A DNA stretch of 63,968 bases, the filler included, from NCBI GenBank assembly GCA_964501035.1. It is 5 parts of 5 records of this genome, joined end to end, with 100 filler letters (N's around TTAATTAATTAA, not from the genome) between each part and the next. Parts side by side here need not be neighbours in the genome. Positions count along the whole stretch, not along the records: positions 14,624 to 27,693 come from CAZCRK010000044.1; positions 27,794 to 40,783 come from CAZCRK010000045.1; 3 more parts are not named here. One strand, written 5' to 3'. Made by a program: the position numbers and the translations under genes. Each line of letters opens with the position of its first letter. Position 1 is the stretch's first letter. Positions 20,475 through 33,124 of the stretch are shown piece after piece. The notes beneath the pieces were generated by a model. That model was given only the letters and a program-made list of their open reading frames with translations. It was not told where the DNA came from and made no database searches.

Positions 20475-22085
20475 ATGAAGAAAATTGAATTAGGATTAGA
20501 TAAATTAGGATTAAAAAATATTGGTAAAATACATAGAAATTTACCGATTGAAAGTCTCATTGAACACACAATTCTTAACCAAGAAGGTAAAATGGGAATG
20601 AATGGTGCAACAATGGTAGATACAGGAAAATATACTGGCCGTTCTCCATTAGATAAATTTATTGTTGATGAACCATCAACAAATGGTGACTTGTGGTGGG
20701 GTTCTGTAAATAGAAAGGTTGATGAATCAGTTTTTGATGAATTATATACTAGAGTAATTGATTATTATAATTCAGCAGAGAAAAACACAAAAACGTATAT
20801 ATTTGATGGGTTTGCAGGAGCTGATATTGAAAATCAGTTAAATGTTCGAATTATTGCTCGAAAGGCCTGGCAAGCACATTTTGCAAACAATATGTTCATT
20901 AACCCACAAGAAAATCAACTCTCAAATTTTTCACCAAATTTTACCATCATAAATGCATCTGATGTTCATAACAAAGATTTTGAAAAACATGGACTCAACT
21001 CGAGCACATTTGTCTTATTTCATTTGAAACGACGAATTGCAATCATTGGTGGTACAGAATATGGTGGAGAAATGAAAAAAGGTATTTTTTCTGTGATGAA
21101 TTTTCTACTTCCATTAAAGGGAATTTTATCTATGCATTGTTCAGCTAATGTAGATAAAAACGGTGAAAACACCGCACTGTTTTTTGGACTTTCTGGCACT
21201 GGAAAAACAACCTTATCAACGGATCCAAATAGGCCACTAATAGGCGATGATGAGCATGGATGGTCTGATAATGGGATTTTTAACATTGAGGGTGGATGTT
21301 ATGCTAAAACGATAAATTTAAACAAAGATGCTGAACCCGATATTTATAATGCAATAAAACATGGTGCCTTGCTTGAAAATGTAGTAGTAGATGAAGATAC
21401 CAGAATTATTGATTTTGCAGATGGATCAAAGACAGAGAACACTCGAGTTTCGTATCCACTTGAACATATTGAAAATTCACTATTTGCACAGGGAAAAGAT
21501 AGTATTGCTTCTCATCCTAAAAATATTATTTTTCTAACATGTGATGCCTATGGTATTTTACCGCCTGTTTCGAAATTGACCACTGAGCAGGCTATGTATC
21601 ACTTTATTTCAGGGTACACTGCAAAAGTAGCTGGAACTGAACGTGGAATTACAGAACCCCAAGCTACTTTTTCACCATGTTTTGGAGGACCATTTTTGAC
21701 CTTACATCCGTTGAAATATGCAGATTTGTTAAAACAAAAAATTGAAAAATATAATGTTAATGTATATTTAGTAAATACGGGTTGGATTGGAGGCTCAGCA
21801 CAATCAGGAGCAAAACGGGTGAGTATCCAAAATACACGGGCAATGATAACAAGTATTTTAAATGGTTCGATTGAATATAGTACATTTCAAACCGACCCCA
21901 TTTTTGGGTTATCAATACCTACTTCTTTAAAGGGAGTTGATACAGATGTGTTAAACCCACGTGAAGCTTGGAATGACACTCAGGAATATGATGATAAAGC
22001 TAAAAAATTAGCAAACCTATTTAGAAATAATTTTAAAAATTATGGGTCTGAAGTAGAATATTTAATTCACGTAGGGCCAAAATAA
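20475..22085 (+). CDS. pckA: phosphoenolpyruvate carboxykinase (ATP)
   Basis: [48 protein letters not shown]. Confidence 0.98.
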   Translation: MKKIELGLDKLGLKNIGKIHRNLPIESLIEHTILNQEGKMGMNGATMVDTGKYTGRSPLDKFIVDEPSTNGDLWWGSVNRKVDESVFDELYTRVIDYYNSAEKNTKTYIFDGFAGADIENQLNVRIIARKAWQAHFANNMFINPQENQLSNFSPNFTIINASDVHNKDFEKHGLNSSTFVLFHLKRRIAIIGGTEYGGEMKKGIFSVMNFLLPLKGILSMHCSANVDKNGENTALFFGLSGTGKTTLSTDPNRPLIGDDEHGWSDNGIFNIEGGCYAKTINLNKDAEPDIYNAIKHGALLENVVVDEDTRIIDFADGSKTENTRVSYPLEHIENSLFAQGKDSIASHPKNIIFLTCDAYGILPPVSKLTTEQAMYHFISGYTAKVAGTERGITEPQATFSPCFGGPFLTLHPLKYADLLKQKIEKYNVNVYLVNTGWIGGSAQSGAKRVSIQNTRAMITSILNGSIEYSTFQTDPIFGLSIPTSLKGVDTDVLNPREAWNDTQEYDDKAKKLANLFRNNFKNYGSEVEYLIHVGPK

Positions 22086-22099
22086 AAGAAAGGGGATAC

Positions 22100-22387
22100 A
22101 TGAATATTGAAATGACTGCACGACATTTTAAACCATCTGAAAAATTACGAGATTTGGTTGATGAAAAAGTCGGAAAAATAGAAAAATTTAACCACGGTAT
22201 TTTAAATTGTAATGTTGTCTTAACTAAAGATGCATCGGGTGAATCTGTGGAAATTAAAGTACATGCAAAAGGTCATGACTTTATTTCTCATGAAACTTCA
22301 TCAATTTTTGAAAAATCATTAGTTAGTGCAGTTGAAAAAATAAAAACACAATTAGTAAAACATCACGATAAGACTATGGGTAAGTAA
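22100..22387 (+). CDS. hpf: ribosome hibernation factor HPF/RaiA (short form)
   Basis: MNIEMTARH...LRDLVDEKVGKIEK...AVEKIKTQL; 95 aa. Confidence 0.88.
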   Translation: MNIEMTARHFKPSEKLRDLVDEKVGKIEKFNHGILNCNVVLTKDASGESVEIKVHAKGHDFISHETSSIFEKSLVSAVEKIKTQLVKHHDKTMGK

Positions 22388-22397
22388 TATTCAACCT

Positions 22398-23288
22398 TTG
22401 AAAGCTATTATTCCTGTTGCAGGATTAGGTACTCGATTTGAACCGCATACCCAAAAAGTTCAAAAGTGTTTACTTCCTGTTGCAGGAAAACCAATATTAG
22501 AGCATATTTTAGATCCACTTATAAATGTGGGTATATGTGATTTTACTCTAATAATTGGTCATTTAGGTGAACAAGTTGTAGAATTCACCAATCAATACCC
22601 AAAAGAAATCAAGTTTCAATTTGCTAAACAATCAGAACAACTTGGTTTGGGTCATGCAATTTATCAAGGACTATCAGAAGAGAGCGCAAACCCTGTGTTA
22701 GTTATTCTGGGTGATTCAATTTTCAAAATGGATTTTGCAGAACTCATTAAATCACCCAATAGCACACTGGGTGTATTTGAAGTAGAGAATCCAAGCAGAT
22801 ATGGAATTGTTGAACATAAAAATGGCTTGATTACAAATCTAGTTGAAAAACCAGAAAACCCAAGGAGCAACCTTGCAATTGCTGGTGTGTATTTTGTTAA
22901 ATCTGAAGCAGAATTGTTAAAGTCAATACAGTATTTAATTGAAAACAATATTAGAACACATGGTGAGTTTCAGCTTACAGATGCACTCCAACATTTGGTT
23001 CGAAAGGAACATATGTTTAATATTGCACATGTGGATTGTTGTTTGGATTGTGGAGTACCTCAAACTATGTTGGATACAAATAAATTTCTTTTAGAAAAGC
23101 AAATAAATAGCATTTCAAACACAGCTGAAATTATGAATTCTACGGTTACGTTGTCAACAGTATCAGATAATTGTAAAATAGAAAATTCAAATTTAAACAA
23201 TGTCATCATGTTTGAAAATAGTGTAGTAAAAAACATAAATCTATCCAATAAAATAATTGGATTTAATGAAATATTAACTGGAAATTAA
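22398..23288 (+). CDS. sugar-phosphate nucleotidyltransferase (glucose-1-phosphate thymidylyltransferase-like)
   Basis: IIPVAGLGTRF, LLPVAGKP, LGLGHA, LVEKP, GEFQLTDA; short C-terminal beta-helix. Confidence 0.9.
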   Translation: MKAIIPVAGLGTRFEPHTQKVQKCLLPVAGKPILEHILDPLINVGICDFTLIIGHLGEQVVEFTNQYPKEIKFQFAKQSEQLGLGHAIYQGLSEESANPVLVILGDSIFKMDFAELIKSPNSTLGVFEVENPSRYGIVEHKNGLITNLVEKPENPRSNLAIAGVYFVKSEAELLKSIQYLIENNIRTHGEFQLTDALQHLVRKEHMFNIAHVDCCLDCGVPQTMLDTNKFLLEKQINSISNTAEIMNSTVTLSTVSDNCKIENSNLNNVIMFENSVVKNINLSNKIIGFNEILTGN

Positions 23289-23331
23289 TAGCTTACTTGT
23301 TTACTAAAATCATAGAGTATATAGTGGGGAA

Positions 23332-24504
23332 ATGATGGAAAGAAATTTTATTTTTACTTCAGAATCAGTTACCGAGGGACATCCTGATAAGGTATGCGAC
23401 CAAATTTCTGATGCAATATTGGATGCAATATTAAAGCAAGATCCTGAAGGACGTGTAGCCTGCGAAACTTTAGCAACTACAGGGTTGGTTGTAGTTTCAG
23501 GAGAAATTACAACTGAAGCATATGTAGATATTCCTAAAACGGTGCGAGATACATTAAAAGATATTGGATATACTCATTCAGATGTGGGGTTAAGTGCACA
23601 AGCAACCGCAGTACTTACAACTATCGATGAGCAAAGCCCACATATTTCTCAGGGTGTTGATGATGATAAACATGAACAAGGTGCTGGGGATCAAGGGCTC
23701 ATGTTTGGATTCGCTTGTAATGAAACTCCTGAACTTATGCCACTTCCAATTCAACTTTCACATCGATTAGCAGAAAAACTAGCTGAAGTAAGAAAAAATG
23801 GTGAGCTTAGTTGGCTTCAACCAGATGGGAAATCTCAAGTTTCTGTTGAGTACAATGGCTTTACACCAGTGAGAGTTAAAAAAGTTGTCATTGCAACTCA
23901 ACATAACGATATGTTAGAGCAATTTGGGTCAGAAGAAAATGAACATGAATTTATTTCGAAAAATGTAATTGATAAAGTAATTATTCCCATTTTAGAAAAA
24001 TATGGAATTGATTATGATGAAGATTTTATTGTAAACGGAACTGGCCGATTTGTGTTTGGTGGCCCTCAAGCAGATACTGGTTTAACAGGTAGAAAAATAA
24101 TTGTGGATACTTATGGTGGTTATGCTCGCCATGGTGGTGGTGCATTCTCTGGAAAAGACCCATCAAAGGTTGATAGATCTGCCGCTTATATGACACGTTA
24201 TATAGCTAAAAATTTAGTAGGAGCTGGTCTAGCAGATAGATGTGAAGTGCAGTTGGCATATAGTATTGGTGTTGCAGAACCAATGTCTGTAAGCGTTGAA
24301 ACGTTTGGAACAGGAAAATTATCTGATGATAAATTAACTGAAATTGTAAAAGAAAATTTTGGACTTAAACCATTTGACATAATTTCATCCTTAAAATTGA
24401 AACAACCAATGTATCAAAAGTTGGCTGCATATGGTCATTTAGGACGTGAAGGAACTCCCTGGGAAGAATTGAATATGGTCGATAATTTAAAGAAATATAT
24501 TTAA
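23332..24504 (+). CDS. metK: S-adenosylmethionine synthetase
   Basis: [35 protein letters not shown]. Confidence 0.98.
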   Translation: MMERNFIFTSESVTEGHPDKVCDQISDAILDAILKQDPEGRVACETLATTGLVVVSGEITTEAYVDIPKTVRDTLKDIGYTHSDVGLSAQATAVLTTIDEQSPHISQGVDDDKHEQGAGDQGLMFGFACNETPELMPLPIQLSHRLAEKLAEVRKNGELSWLQPDGKSQVSVEYNGFTPVRVKKVVIATQHNDMLEQFGSEENEHEFISKNVIDKVIIPILEKYGIDYDEDFIVNGTGRFVFGGPQADTGLTGRKIIVDTYGGYARHGGGAFSGKDPSKVDRSAAYMTRYIAKNLVGAGLADRCEVQLAYSIGVAEPMSVSVETFGTGKLSDDKLTEIVKENFGLKPFDIISSLKLKQPMYQKLAAYGHLGREGTPWEELNMVDNLKKYI

Positions 24505-24512
24505 GGGCTGAT

Positions 24513-25832
24513 ATGTCAGACTCTATAGTGGAAGGAAGAAAAGTAATGGATTATAAAGTTGCTGATATTGGGTTAGCAGATTTTGGACGAAAAGAAATTC
24601 AATTAGCTGAAGTAGAAATGCCTGGATTAATGGCATTACGTACTCAATATAGTGATTCAAAACCTTTAAAAGGTGCACGAATTGCTGGTTGTATTCATAT
24701 GACAATTCAAACTGCTGTATTAATTGAAACACTTGTTGAATTAGGTGCTGAAATTCGTTGGTCATCATGTAATATTTATTCAACTCAGGATAATGCAGCT
24801 GCTGCAATTGCTGATGCCGGTTTACCCGTGTTTGCATGGAAAGGAGAATCTGAAGAAGAATATTGGTGGTGCATCGAACAAACTTTAGATTTTGGTAACG
24901 GTAAAGGACCAAACATTCTGTTAGATGATGGGGGTGATTTAACTCAAGTTATTTTGGAAAAACGAAAAGAATTAATTTCTGAGATTAAGGGTGTTTCTGA
25001 AGAAACTACAACAGGTGTTCACCGACTATATCAATTGTTTGAAACAGATGATTTACCATTCCCAGCTATTAATGTGAATGATTCAGTAACCAAATCTAAG
25101 TTTGACAATAAATATGGTTGTCGAGAATCTCTTGCTGATGGCATAAAACGAGCAACTGATGTTATGTTAGCGGGTAAGAAAGTTGTCGTATGTGGTTTTG
25201 GTGATGTTGGAAAAGGTTGTGCTCAATCTATGGCAGGTTACGGGGCACAAGTATTTGTTACTGAAATTGATCCAATTTGTGCTTTACAGGCTGCAATGGA
25301 AGGGTTTTCAGTTGTTACAATGGATGAGGCATGTTCGTATGGTGATATTTTTGTCACATCTACAGGAAATAGAGATGTAGTAACTGGCAAACATATGGAA
25401 CAGATGAAAAATAATGCAATTTTGTGCAACATAGGTCATTTTGACCATGAAATTGATGTAGCTTATTTGGAAGATAATTCGTCTGTGAAAGAATTTAACA
25501 TTAAACCACAAGTTGATAGATTTGAGTTTGAAGACGGACATTCAATTATATTACTTTCTCGCGGAAGATTAGTGAATTTAGGTAATGCTACTGGACATTC
25601 ATCTTTCGTAATGTCCACATCATTTACGAACCAAGTATTAGCACAAATGGCACTTTGGAAGGGTGAAGTAGAGAATGGTGTTCATGTTCTATCTAAAAAA
25701 TTAGATGAAGAAGTAGCCCGTTTACATTTAGACCATCTAGGTGTGAAGTTAACAAAAATGACGGATGAACAAGAAAAATATATTGGTGTTTCTAAAGATG
25801 GTCCATTTAAACCAGATCAATATAGATATTAA
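24513..25832 (+). CDS. ahcY: S-adenosylhomocysteine hydrolase
   Basis: [49 protein letters not shown] end. Confidence 0.98.
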   Translation: MSDSIVEGRKVMDYKVADIGLADFGRKEIQLAEVEMPGLMALRTQYSDSKPLKGARIAGCIHMTIQTAVLIETLVELGAEIRWSSCNIYSTQDNAAAAIADAGLPVFAWKGESEEEYWWCIEQTLDFGNGKGPNILLDDGGDLTQVILEKRKELISEIKGVSEETTTGVHRLYQLFETDDLPFPAINVNDSVTKSKFDNKYGCRESLADGIKRATDVMLAGKKVVVCGFGDVGKGCAQSMAGYGAQVFVTEIDPICALQAAMEGFSVVTMDEACSYGDIFVTSTGNRDVVTGKHMEQMKNNAILCNIGHFDHEIDVAYLEDNSSVKEFNIKPQVDRFEFEDGHSIILLSRGRLVNLGNATGHSSFVMSTSFTNQVLAQMALWKGEVENGVHVLSKKLDEEVARLHLDHLGVKLTKMTDEQEKYIGVSKDGPFKPDQYRY

Positions 25833-27693
25833 ATGATAAAAAGAGGTAAAACAAATAGAAGAAGAACAGGAGTTGCTCTTTTTCTCTATCTAGGCCTGAT
25901 TTTAACAGGATGTGATTTTCGCTCACCCGAGGCTTGGGAAATGCCTACATGGACATTACCTATTTCATTTCCATTAATGGACACAACATATTATTTTCAA
26001 GAAATTGCCGATGATTCTCTTTTAATATTTTCAGAAGAAGATAGCATTTTACAAATTAATTATACTGGTGATTTGTTAAGCCCTGAACAAGATACCTTAG
26101 GTATTGATGATTCTTTTGATAACTATTTTGTAATTCCAGATACTTCCATTGCAGAAATTGAAGATGTTAGCTTGCCAAACATTGATTTTCCAAATGAAGA
26201 AACACCCTTAGAAACATCATCTGTTTCATCTGTAGCAATTTCATCTCTAGCAAATGAATTGGGAGTAGAAATAAATGGTGGTGATTGTTTTCCTGATGCA
26301 GTTTTAACCGAATTTGTGCAGTCTGAGACTATTTCAGAAACATTATTTTCTATTGATGATTTTCAATCTGAAGGTGTGGAATACATTGAATCGATTGACT
26401 ATGTTACAGTCGATTCAGCTGAAATTAGTATTTCTGTTACAAATACATTTCCATTTACTATCGACAATATTCAATTAGTGTTTGAAAGTAATGAAAGTAC
26501 CATTTTGGATACAGGGTTTGTTAATTTAACTTCTGGAAGTTCAAATGAAATAATTTATGATTATTGTTTATCTGATTGTGATAATAATGAGTTTAATCTA
26601 GGTGAAGAAATAAGTATCACATGGCAATTTGATGTTGAGGATAAAACAAATACAGGAAATTCAATTTGTGAAGATCAAGGTTATGGAAATCAAATTACAG
26701 GATGGGATTTAACTCCAGATTTAAGTGAAAAATTTACAATGGAAATTTCTGTAGATGTTGACAATATTAAAAGTGTTACCGGTCAAACTAGTGAAATTTC
26801 ATATGTAGATTCAGTCTCAATTGTACTTCCACAAAATGAGGGTATTATTGCTACTGGAGGTAAAATTACTGCAGATTCTACAAATGTAAATATGTTGACA
26901 TTAAGTTTTCAAAACAATCTTTTTACACCAATTGATTTTGCAATTGAATTACCCAATTTTAGTAAAAATGGACAAGTGATTTCGTTAAACCAAACTTTGG
27001 GTTTAGATGAAACAACTGATATTGAAGTTCCCGTCTGGAATGCAATTTTAACTTCTGAAAAAGAAATTGGTGACCCTATTGATTCAATTCGAATTATTTC
27101 TTCCTTAACAATCCCTTCAACAGATACAACAATATTGTTAGATAATATTGGAAGTTTAAATGTAAATGCGATGGAATTGTTACCTGTTCGCCTTGAGTAT
27201 ATTTCAGCAATTGTAACTGAATTGGAATTTAATGCTCCAAAATTTGGTATAGATGGAATTCCTACTGGATTTAAAGGTTTAACCTTTCATAATCCAAAGC
27301 TAACCTTAGAAGTTTATAATGAAATTGGTGTTCCAGTTTCATTTGATATGAATCTAGTAGGTGTTAATGGAGAGGACTCGGTTCTTGTTCCAATCAATCC
27401 TAATATTCAAATTCCGAGTGAATATGGAGAGTTGGCAAAGTACTCTCTAATTGAATTGGGAAGTTTTGGACAACGCACGGTTTGGTTCAATAATGATAAC
27501 ACTATTATCTATGATGATACTACAAATACTGACACAACAACAATTGTGGATATTTTAAAAATTGCTCCTGAGAGCTTAAGTGTTGAAGGGTTTGCAGGTC
27601 TAGAAGGAGCTGGATTTCTTGCGCCAAATTCAAAAGTTTGGGGTAGCTTTGAGTTAATTGCTCCTTTTTCATTCGTGATAGGTGAGGAAATTG
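25833..27693 (+). CDS. acidic beta-rich lipoprotein of unknown function, 3'-partial
   Basis: Basic N-terminus plus lipobox LILTG-C; very D/E-rich; open to the contig end. Confidence 0.75.
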
Positions 27694-27793
27694 NNNNNNN
27701 NNNNNNNNNNNNNNNNNNNNNNNNNNNNNNNNNNNNNTTAATTAATTAANNNNNNNNNNNNNNNNNNNNNNNNNNNNNNNNNNNNNNNNNNNN
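27694..27793. other. artificial contig linker
   Basis: Same 100-nt N/TTAATTAATTAA/N spacer. Confidence 0.98.
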
Positions 27794-29190
27794 CCTAATT
27801 GTGGCATCATAAAAATGGAATCAACCGCAATTTGAGTAATTCCTTCAGGCAAAAATGAATCTATAAGCATTCTAGCTGCTTGATGTCTTCGGGGAGCATG
27901 CGATAATACTCCACCAGAACCAACAATTAAATCGAGTGATTTCATATCCACTAGAGTATCACCAGACCCAGTTTGTTCAAAAGCATCTGAAATAGTACGC
28001 TCTCTTTGAACACCTTTTAAACCCACTGCAAATTCTTTGTGTTGTTTAAAGGATAGTCGTAATGCCTCACGAGCAATTGCCTGTTCAATTTTTAATGCTT
28101 CTAAGGATTGCGGAATTGTCGTTGGACGAATCATCTTATTTGCAATTCGATTTGTCAACTCTTGGTTATTAATTTCAAATGGAACCCACCTTAAAACATT
28201 TTCTAACTCAGCTTCAGCTAACACATTGCAAACAGAGTAACTCATACCTAAGTTAGCACTCACGGTTCGATTAAACTGACCATCAAATACTGAAAACACA
28301 TCCGTTGTTGCTCCACCAATATCTACTCCAACTACATTTATATTTTCAACTTTTGCAATTTTTTTTATGATTTCACCAACAGCACCTGGAGTAGGCATAA
28401 TTGGTGTATCTGCCCAACTCATTAATTTCTTATAACCCGGAGCTTGCGCCATAACATGCTCCATAAACAAGTTATGTATTTTATCTCGACTCGGTTGTAG
28501 ATTTTCCTTTTCTAATGTTGGACGAATATTAGGAACTGAAGTAAAATCAGTAATGCTAGCTAAACGTTCTGAAACTGCATCTGTTGCTTTTGTATTACCA
28601 GCATAAATAACAGGTAGTTTGTAATTTATACCTAAACGAGGTTTTGGATTTGCAGACTCTAATATCTCTGCAAGCTCTACAACATGCGACACAGTACCAC
28701 CATCAATTCCACCGGATAACAAAATCATATCGGGTCGTAACTGGCGAATTCTTTTTACTTTTTCATGGTATAATCGTCCATCATTTGCAGCAAGAACATC
28801 CATTACAATTGCTCCAGCCCCAAGGGCTGCACGTTGTGCGCTTTCACCCGTCATATTTTTAACTACACCACCTACCATCATTTGGAGTCCACCACCAGCA
28901 GAACTGGTTGAAATATAAATATCTACACCAACTTCATTTTTGGTAGGGGAAATAATTTTCTCACCTTCAAGAATTTTTTTACCTGATAACTCCTCTAATT
29001 CAATTATGGAATTAAGTACACCTTTTGTAACATCTTCGAAAGGAGCTTCAACTGTTGTTGGTGCTTCTCCACGGTGTGTTAATCGATAGGACCCGTTGAC
29101 ATATTGAATTAACACTGCCTTCGTGGTTGTAGAGCCACAATCTGTAGCTAGTATTACTTTAATCTTGTCTGTATTTGATTTTGCTGACAT
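27794..29190 (-). CDS. GlmL (glutamate-mutase L)-like ASKHA ATPase, 3'-partial
   Basis: LATDCGSTTTKA, SSAGGGL, AALGAGA, ILLSGGIDGG, MPTPGAV, VDIGGATTDV, GSGGVL. Confidence 0.85.
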
Positions 29191-30198
29191 TTATTGTTTT
29201 AACCGCGGATCCAAAGCATCCCGCAAACCTTCTCCTACTAAATTATAAATTGTGACTGTAATAAAAATTGCAGTTCCAGGGAATACAGCCATCCACCACG
29301 CATACGTTGCTCCTCTTGCAACTGATAATATTGATCCCCACGAAACTGTAGTTGCTGAACCAAACCCTAAAAAACTAAGAGCAGATTCTGTGAGAATAGC
29401 TGAAGCAATACCAAATGCAGTGATTACTAATACTGGTGCAATTGCATTTGGCAAAACATGTTTAAAGATGGTACGCATACTACTAAATCCAAGTGCTTCC
29501 GCAGCAGTCACGTAATCCATATTTCTAACTTTTAAAAATTCAGCACGAGTAAACCGAGCAACACCAGGCCAAGAAGTCAGTCCAATAACAAACATAATTA
29601 CCCAAATTCCACCACCAGGATAAAAGGCAACAACCGTTATGATTAAAAAGAACATGGGAATTGTCATCATTATCTCAATGATTCGTTGCACAACTATATC
29701 AATAACTCCACCATAATAACCAGCAATTGCTCCAACAAACACACCTATTAACAGAGCAATACCCATAGAAATCAACCCTACCGAAAGGGCAATACGGGTT
29801 CCATGAATCATACCACTTAAAACATCTCGACCAATCTGGTCTGTTCCTAAAATATGTTTGCTTCCAGGAGATTGAAATCGAGCAGTGTAATCCAAGTTTG
29901 TTGGTAAATATGGTACTAATGGCCAAACGACTGAGTCATACTCCAGTTCTTTCCAATCAATGTTAATTTGGTCAACATTCCACTTTCCAATACCAACATC
30001 TACAGCATATTCCTTAAACACGGGAAAATATCTTTCACCATTTATAACACAGGTTAAAGGTTTATCATTGGCAAATATATCAGCAAATAATGCAGTTAGA
30101 ACCAAAAATAAAATCATATATATTCCAATAACTGCAGGTTTGTTTTTCTTGAACTGCTGAACAACAATTTGTCTGTATGATTTACCAGTTGCTTTCAT
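29191..30198 (-). CDS. oppC: peptide/nickel ABC transporter permease (OppC/DppC family)
   Basis: HILGTDQIGRDV, EAA loop DYVTAAEALG, ESALSFLG, GEGLRDALDPR. Confidence 0.9.
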   Translation of the reverse strand: MKATGKSYRQIVVQQFKKNKPAVIGIYMILFLVLTALFADIFANDKPLTCVINGERYFPVFKEYAVDVGIGKWNVDQINIDWKELEYDSVVWPLVPYLPTNLDYTARFQSPGSKHILGTDQIGRDVLSGMIHGTRIALSVGLISMGIALLIGVFVGAIAGYYGGVIDIVVQRIIEIMMTIPMFFLIITVVAFYPGGGIWVIMFVIGLTSWPGVARFTRAEFLKVRNMDYVTAAEALGFSSMRTIFKHVLPNAIAPVLVITAFGIASAILTESALSFLGFGSATTVSWGSILSVARGATYAWWMAVFPGTAIFITVTIYNLVGEGLRDALDPRLKQ

Positions 30199-31298
30199 TA
30201 CGCTGTTTTCTTTCCAAATGTTATACGAGGGTCAACAAATGAATAGAGAATATCAGATAGCAGAATTCCAAACAAAGTAAGAACTGCACTAATAGTAAAT
30301 ACAGCCATAACTATTGGATAGTCTCTTGCAATAATAGATTCAAATGCTAAAGATCCCATTCCAGGAATTGTAAATATTGTTTCAATGATTATACTGCCGC
30401 TTATCATTGCTGGAAGTAAATACGCTAAGATTGTTATTATTGGAATCAGGGAGTTTCTCAAAGCATGCTTGTAAATCACAACTTTCTCTGAAAGTCCTTT
30501 AGCTCGTGCAGTTCGAATATAATCTTGGCGAATAATTTCTAACATTCCAACACGCATCTGTCGTGATAAGTATGCGAAACTACCGTAGGTATAGACAAAA
30601 ACTGGCAACACTAAATGCCAACCCAAGTCCATCATCTTTTCAAAAGGAGTCATAAACTCATACGAATTTGAGTACAACCCTGCATACGGGAACCAATCAA
30701 AGAAATCTCCTCCACCAAAAAAGATGATTAACATGGTTCCAATCCAAAAACTAGGCAAAGAATAGAGTATAAATACAAATACTGTACTAATTCTATCCCA
30801 AAAACTGTTTTGATTTACAGCAGAATAGATTCCGAGTGGGATGGCAATTAAATACGCTAGAAATGTGGAAATTACATTTAAAGTAAGCGTTATAGGAATT
30901 CGTTCTTTTATTTTCTCAAGTACGGATTGATTATCACGGAAAGATTTACCAAAATCTAATTTTAACACATTTGCTGTCCATATATGATATTGATTTTTGG
31001 TTCCATTCCATGTGAAATTAATTCGTTGCCAAAATGATTTTGGATTATCTTCATCAAATTCATTTAACAAAGACATATAAAATACTGGCTTATCGAGATG
31101 CCATTGCTTGCGAATCATTTCTATAATTTTTTCATTTAAATCTTTTCCACCGGTGGTTAGATTTTGATTTGCCCCAATCCCAGCTTTTAGTTCTGCAGGG
31201 TCGCCTGGAGCTAAACGCGATATACCAAATGAGAGCACTGTAATTACAAACAGCGTTGGAATTACCAATAACATTCTCCTAATAAGATAATTGATCAT
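30198..31298 (-). CDS. oppB: peptide/nickel ABC transporter permease (OppB/DppB family)
   Basis: LAPGDPA, DFGKS, QDYIRTARAKGL, HALRNS, DPRI. Confidence 0.9.
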   Translation of the reverse strand: MINYLIRRMLLVIPTLFVITVLSFGISRLAPGDPAELKAGIGANQNLTTGGKDLNEKIIEMIRKQWHLDKPVFYMSLLNEFDEDNPKSFWQRINFTWNGTKNQYHIWTANVLKLDFGKSFRDNQSVLEKIKERIPITLTLNVISTFLAYLIAIPLGIYSAVNQNSFWDRISTVFVFILYSLPSFWIGTMLIIFFGGGDFFDWFPYAGLYSNSYEFMTPFEKMMDLGWHLVLPVFVYTYGSFAYLSRQMRVGMLEIIRQDYIRTARAKGLSEKVVIYKHALRNSLIPIITILAYLLPAMISGSIIIETIFTIPGMGSLAFESIIARDYPIVMAVFTISAVLTLFGILLSDILYSFVDPRITFGKKTA

Positions 31299-31312
31299 TC
31301 AGAAATAAATAG

Positions 31313-33112
31313 CTATTTTGAATATTTTTGTAATGGAATTGGAGACCACCATTCTCTCAAATCAAACCCAGGTCTAAATGGATAAATAATTACATCTTTA
31401 AATCTTTTATGATACGATAAATTAGACTTGGGGATTACAACAAATGTGTACGGTTGCTCTTCATGTAAAATATCTTGAAATTCAAACATATATTTTTTTC
31501 GAATGTCAGCGTTGAATTCTTTCCGGTTTAACTCAATCAACTCATCAGCCCGATCGTTTTTAAAACTAATAGAATTTGAACCACGCCCAACGGCTTGAGA
31601 AGAATGAAAAATCTGATACGGGTCGGTATCTTTTATTGACATGACCCAGCCTAATATTATTGCGTCAAACTTATGGTCACGAACATTATCCAAATATACT
31701 GACCACTCCATAGTTTGCAAGCCAGCATTAATACCTACTTTTCTAAGTTCTTCAACCATAATTAAACCAATCTGTTTTCGCTTTTCATTTCCTTGATTGG
31801 TTAAAATGGTGAAGGTAAAGTCAACCAACTCGCCATTAATTTCTTTGTCCAAAATTCCATCATGATTTGAATCAATCCACCCTTCTTGCGATAAGATTCT
31901 GCGTGCTTCATCGGGGTTGTATTCCCAAGGTTCAATTGTATCATTGTATTCTGGGCGTTCGAAGTATACATTGCTTTTTGCTATGAGTCCATCATTATAA
32001 TAGATTGATTCCAAAATCTGCTCTCGATTACATAAATGTGTCATAGCACGACGTACTAATTTATTTTGAAATAAAGGGTTTTCATTATTCCATCCTATAT
32101 AGGTGTACGACGGATAAAAAAATGTTTCCTTTTCATAGTTATCTGTAAATTTTTTGGAATTAGTTTGATTATAATATAAGTCAGGTGTCAAACTACGAAT
32201 TACATCAATCTCTCCTTTTTTTAGTCCTGTTAATGCAACTGGAAATTCTTTTACAGATTTATAAATTAACTTTTCAACAAAATTTCGTTTGGGAGTATCA
32301 TCAACCTTATCACCCCAGTAGTCATGATTTCTTGTTAAGATAATTCTATCATCAGTTTTCCATGATTCAAACAGATATGGACCTGAACCTATTGGATTCC
32401 TCCCCACTTCAGTACTATTGAAATATTCTGCAAATGTATAAGCATCTGAATTTTCAAAAGATTCAACTTCATTGTTCTCAGAAGAAAGAAGAAGTTTTTC
32501 TAAATCTTCAAATGAATATTGACTCATTAATCCATTTGGATCATAAATATGAGCCGGGTATGCATATAAATTCGCACCTATAAAATCTAAATGCTTGAAA
32601 TATACATCACTACAAATAAATCGCAAAGTATATGGATCACCATTGACCAGTTCAGCTTTTTGAATGTCTTTGTAATAGTTTCTTGATGGTGCTGCATCAG
32701 TAAAGGGATTCTTTATAGTTTTTAAACTAAATATAAAATCTTCACCTGTTAATGGATGGCCATCTGAAAATGTCACATCCTTCCGTAACTTGAAAGTATA
32801 AACTAATTTATCATCGCTTACAACTGGCATTTCAGCAGCAATCACAGGCACTAATTCATACGTATGATTGTCCATTTCCATTAAAGTTTGAAAAATATGT
32901 GACTCAATATATGTCGAACTTGCACCAGAGGAAATATTGGGATGTAGTTTATCTGGGTCACCAAGTTCATGTATTACAGCCCAGTCGCCCATATTATCTT
33001 GTGAATTCATTTGGGAAATATCTAAATCCCAAGATTTTGAAGCTGAAGCATCCCCACCCCCACAATTTATCCAAAACATTAAAACAAAAACAATAAAGCC
33101 AATTCTTTTCAA
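31313..33112 (-). CDS. oppA: ABC substrate-binding lipoprotein, family 5 (OppA/DppA)
   Basis: Lipobox Cys, YTFKLRKDVTFSDGHPLT, PIGSGPY, VRRAM, HEEQPY. Confidence 0.9.
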   Translation of the reverse strand: MKRIGFIVFVLMFWINCGGGDASASKSWDLDISQMNSQDNMGDWAVIHELGDPDKLHPNISSGASSTYIESHIFQTLMEMDNHTYELVPVIAAEMPVVSDDKLVYTFKLRKDVTFSDGHPLTGEDFIFSLKTIKNPFTDAAPSRNYYKDIQKAELVNGDPYTLRFICSDVYFKHLDFIGANLYAYPAHIYDPNGLMSQYSFEDLEKLLLSSENNEVESFENSDAYTFAEYFNSTEVGRNPIGSGPYLFESWKTDDRIILTRNHDYWGDKVDDTPKRNFVEKLIYKSVKEFPVALTGLKKGEIDVIRSLTPDLYYNQTNSKKFTDNYEKETFFYPSYTYIGWNNENPLFQNKLVRRAMTHLCNREQILESIYYNDGLIAKSNVYFERPEYNDTIEPWEYNPDEARRILSQEGWIDSNHDGILDKEINGELVDFTFTILTNQGNEKRKQIGLIMVEELRKVGINAGLQTMEWSVYLDNVRDHKFDAIILGWVMSIKDTDPYQIFHSSQAVGRGSNSISFKNDRADELIELNRKEFNADIRKKYMFEFQDILHEEQPYTFVVIPKSNLSYHKRFKDVIIYPFRPGFDLREWWSPIPLQKYSK

Positions 33113-33124
33113 ATGAACACCTTT

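Noticed and set aside
23289..23331. SAM or SAH riboswitch before metK/ahcY
   Set aside because: Only 43 nt precede metK and 8 nt precede ahcY; no aptamer structure.
12755..29190. Link between 'glmS' and the GlmL-like gene
   Set aside because: Name coincidence: this glmS is glucosamine-6-phosphate synthase, not the glutamate mutase S subunit, and the two are on different contigs.
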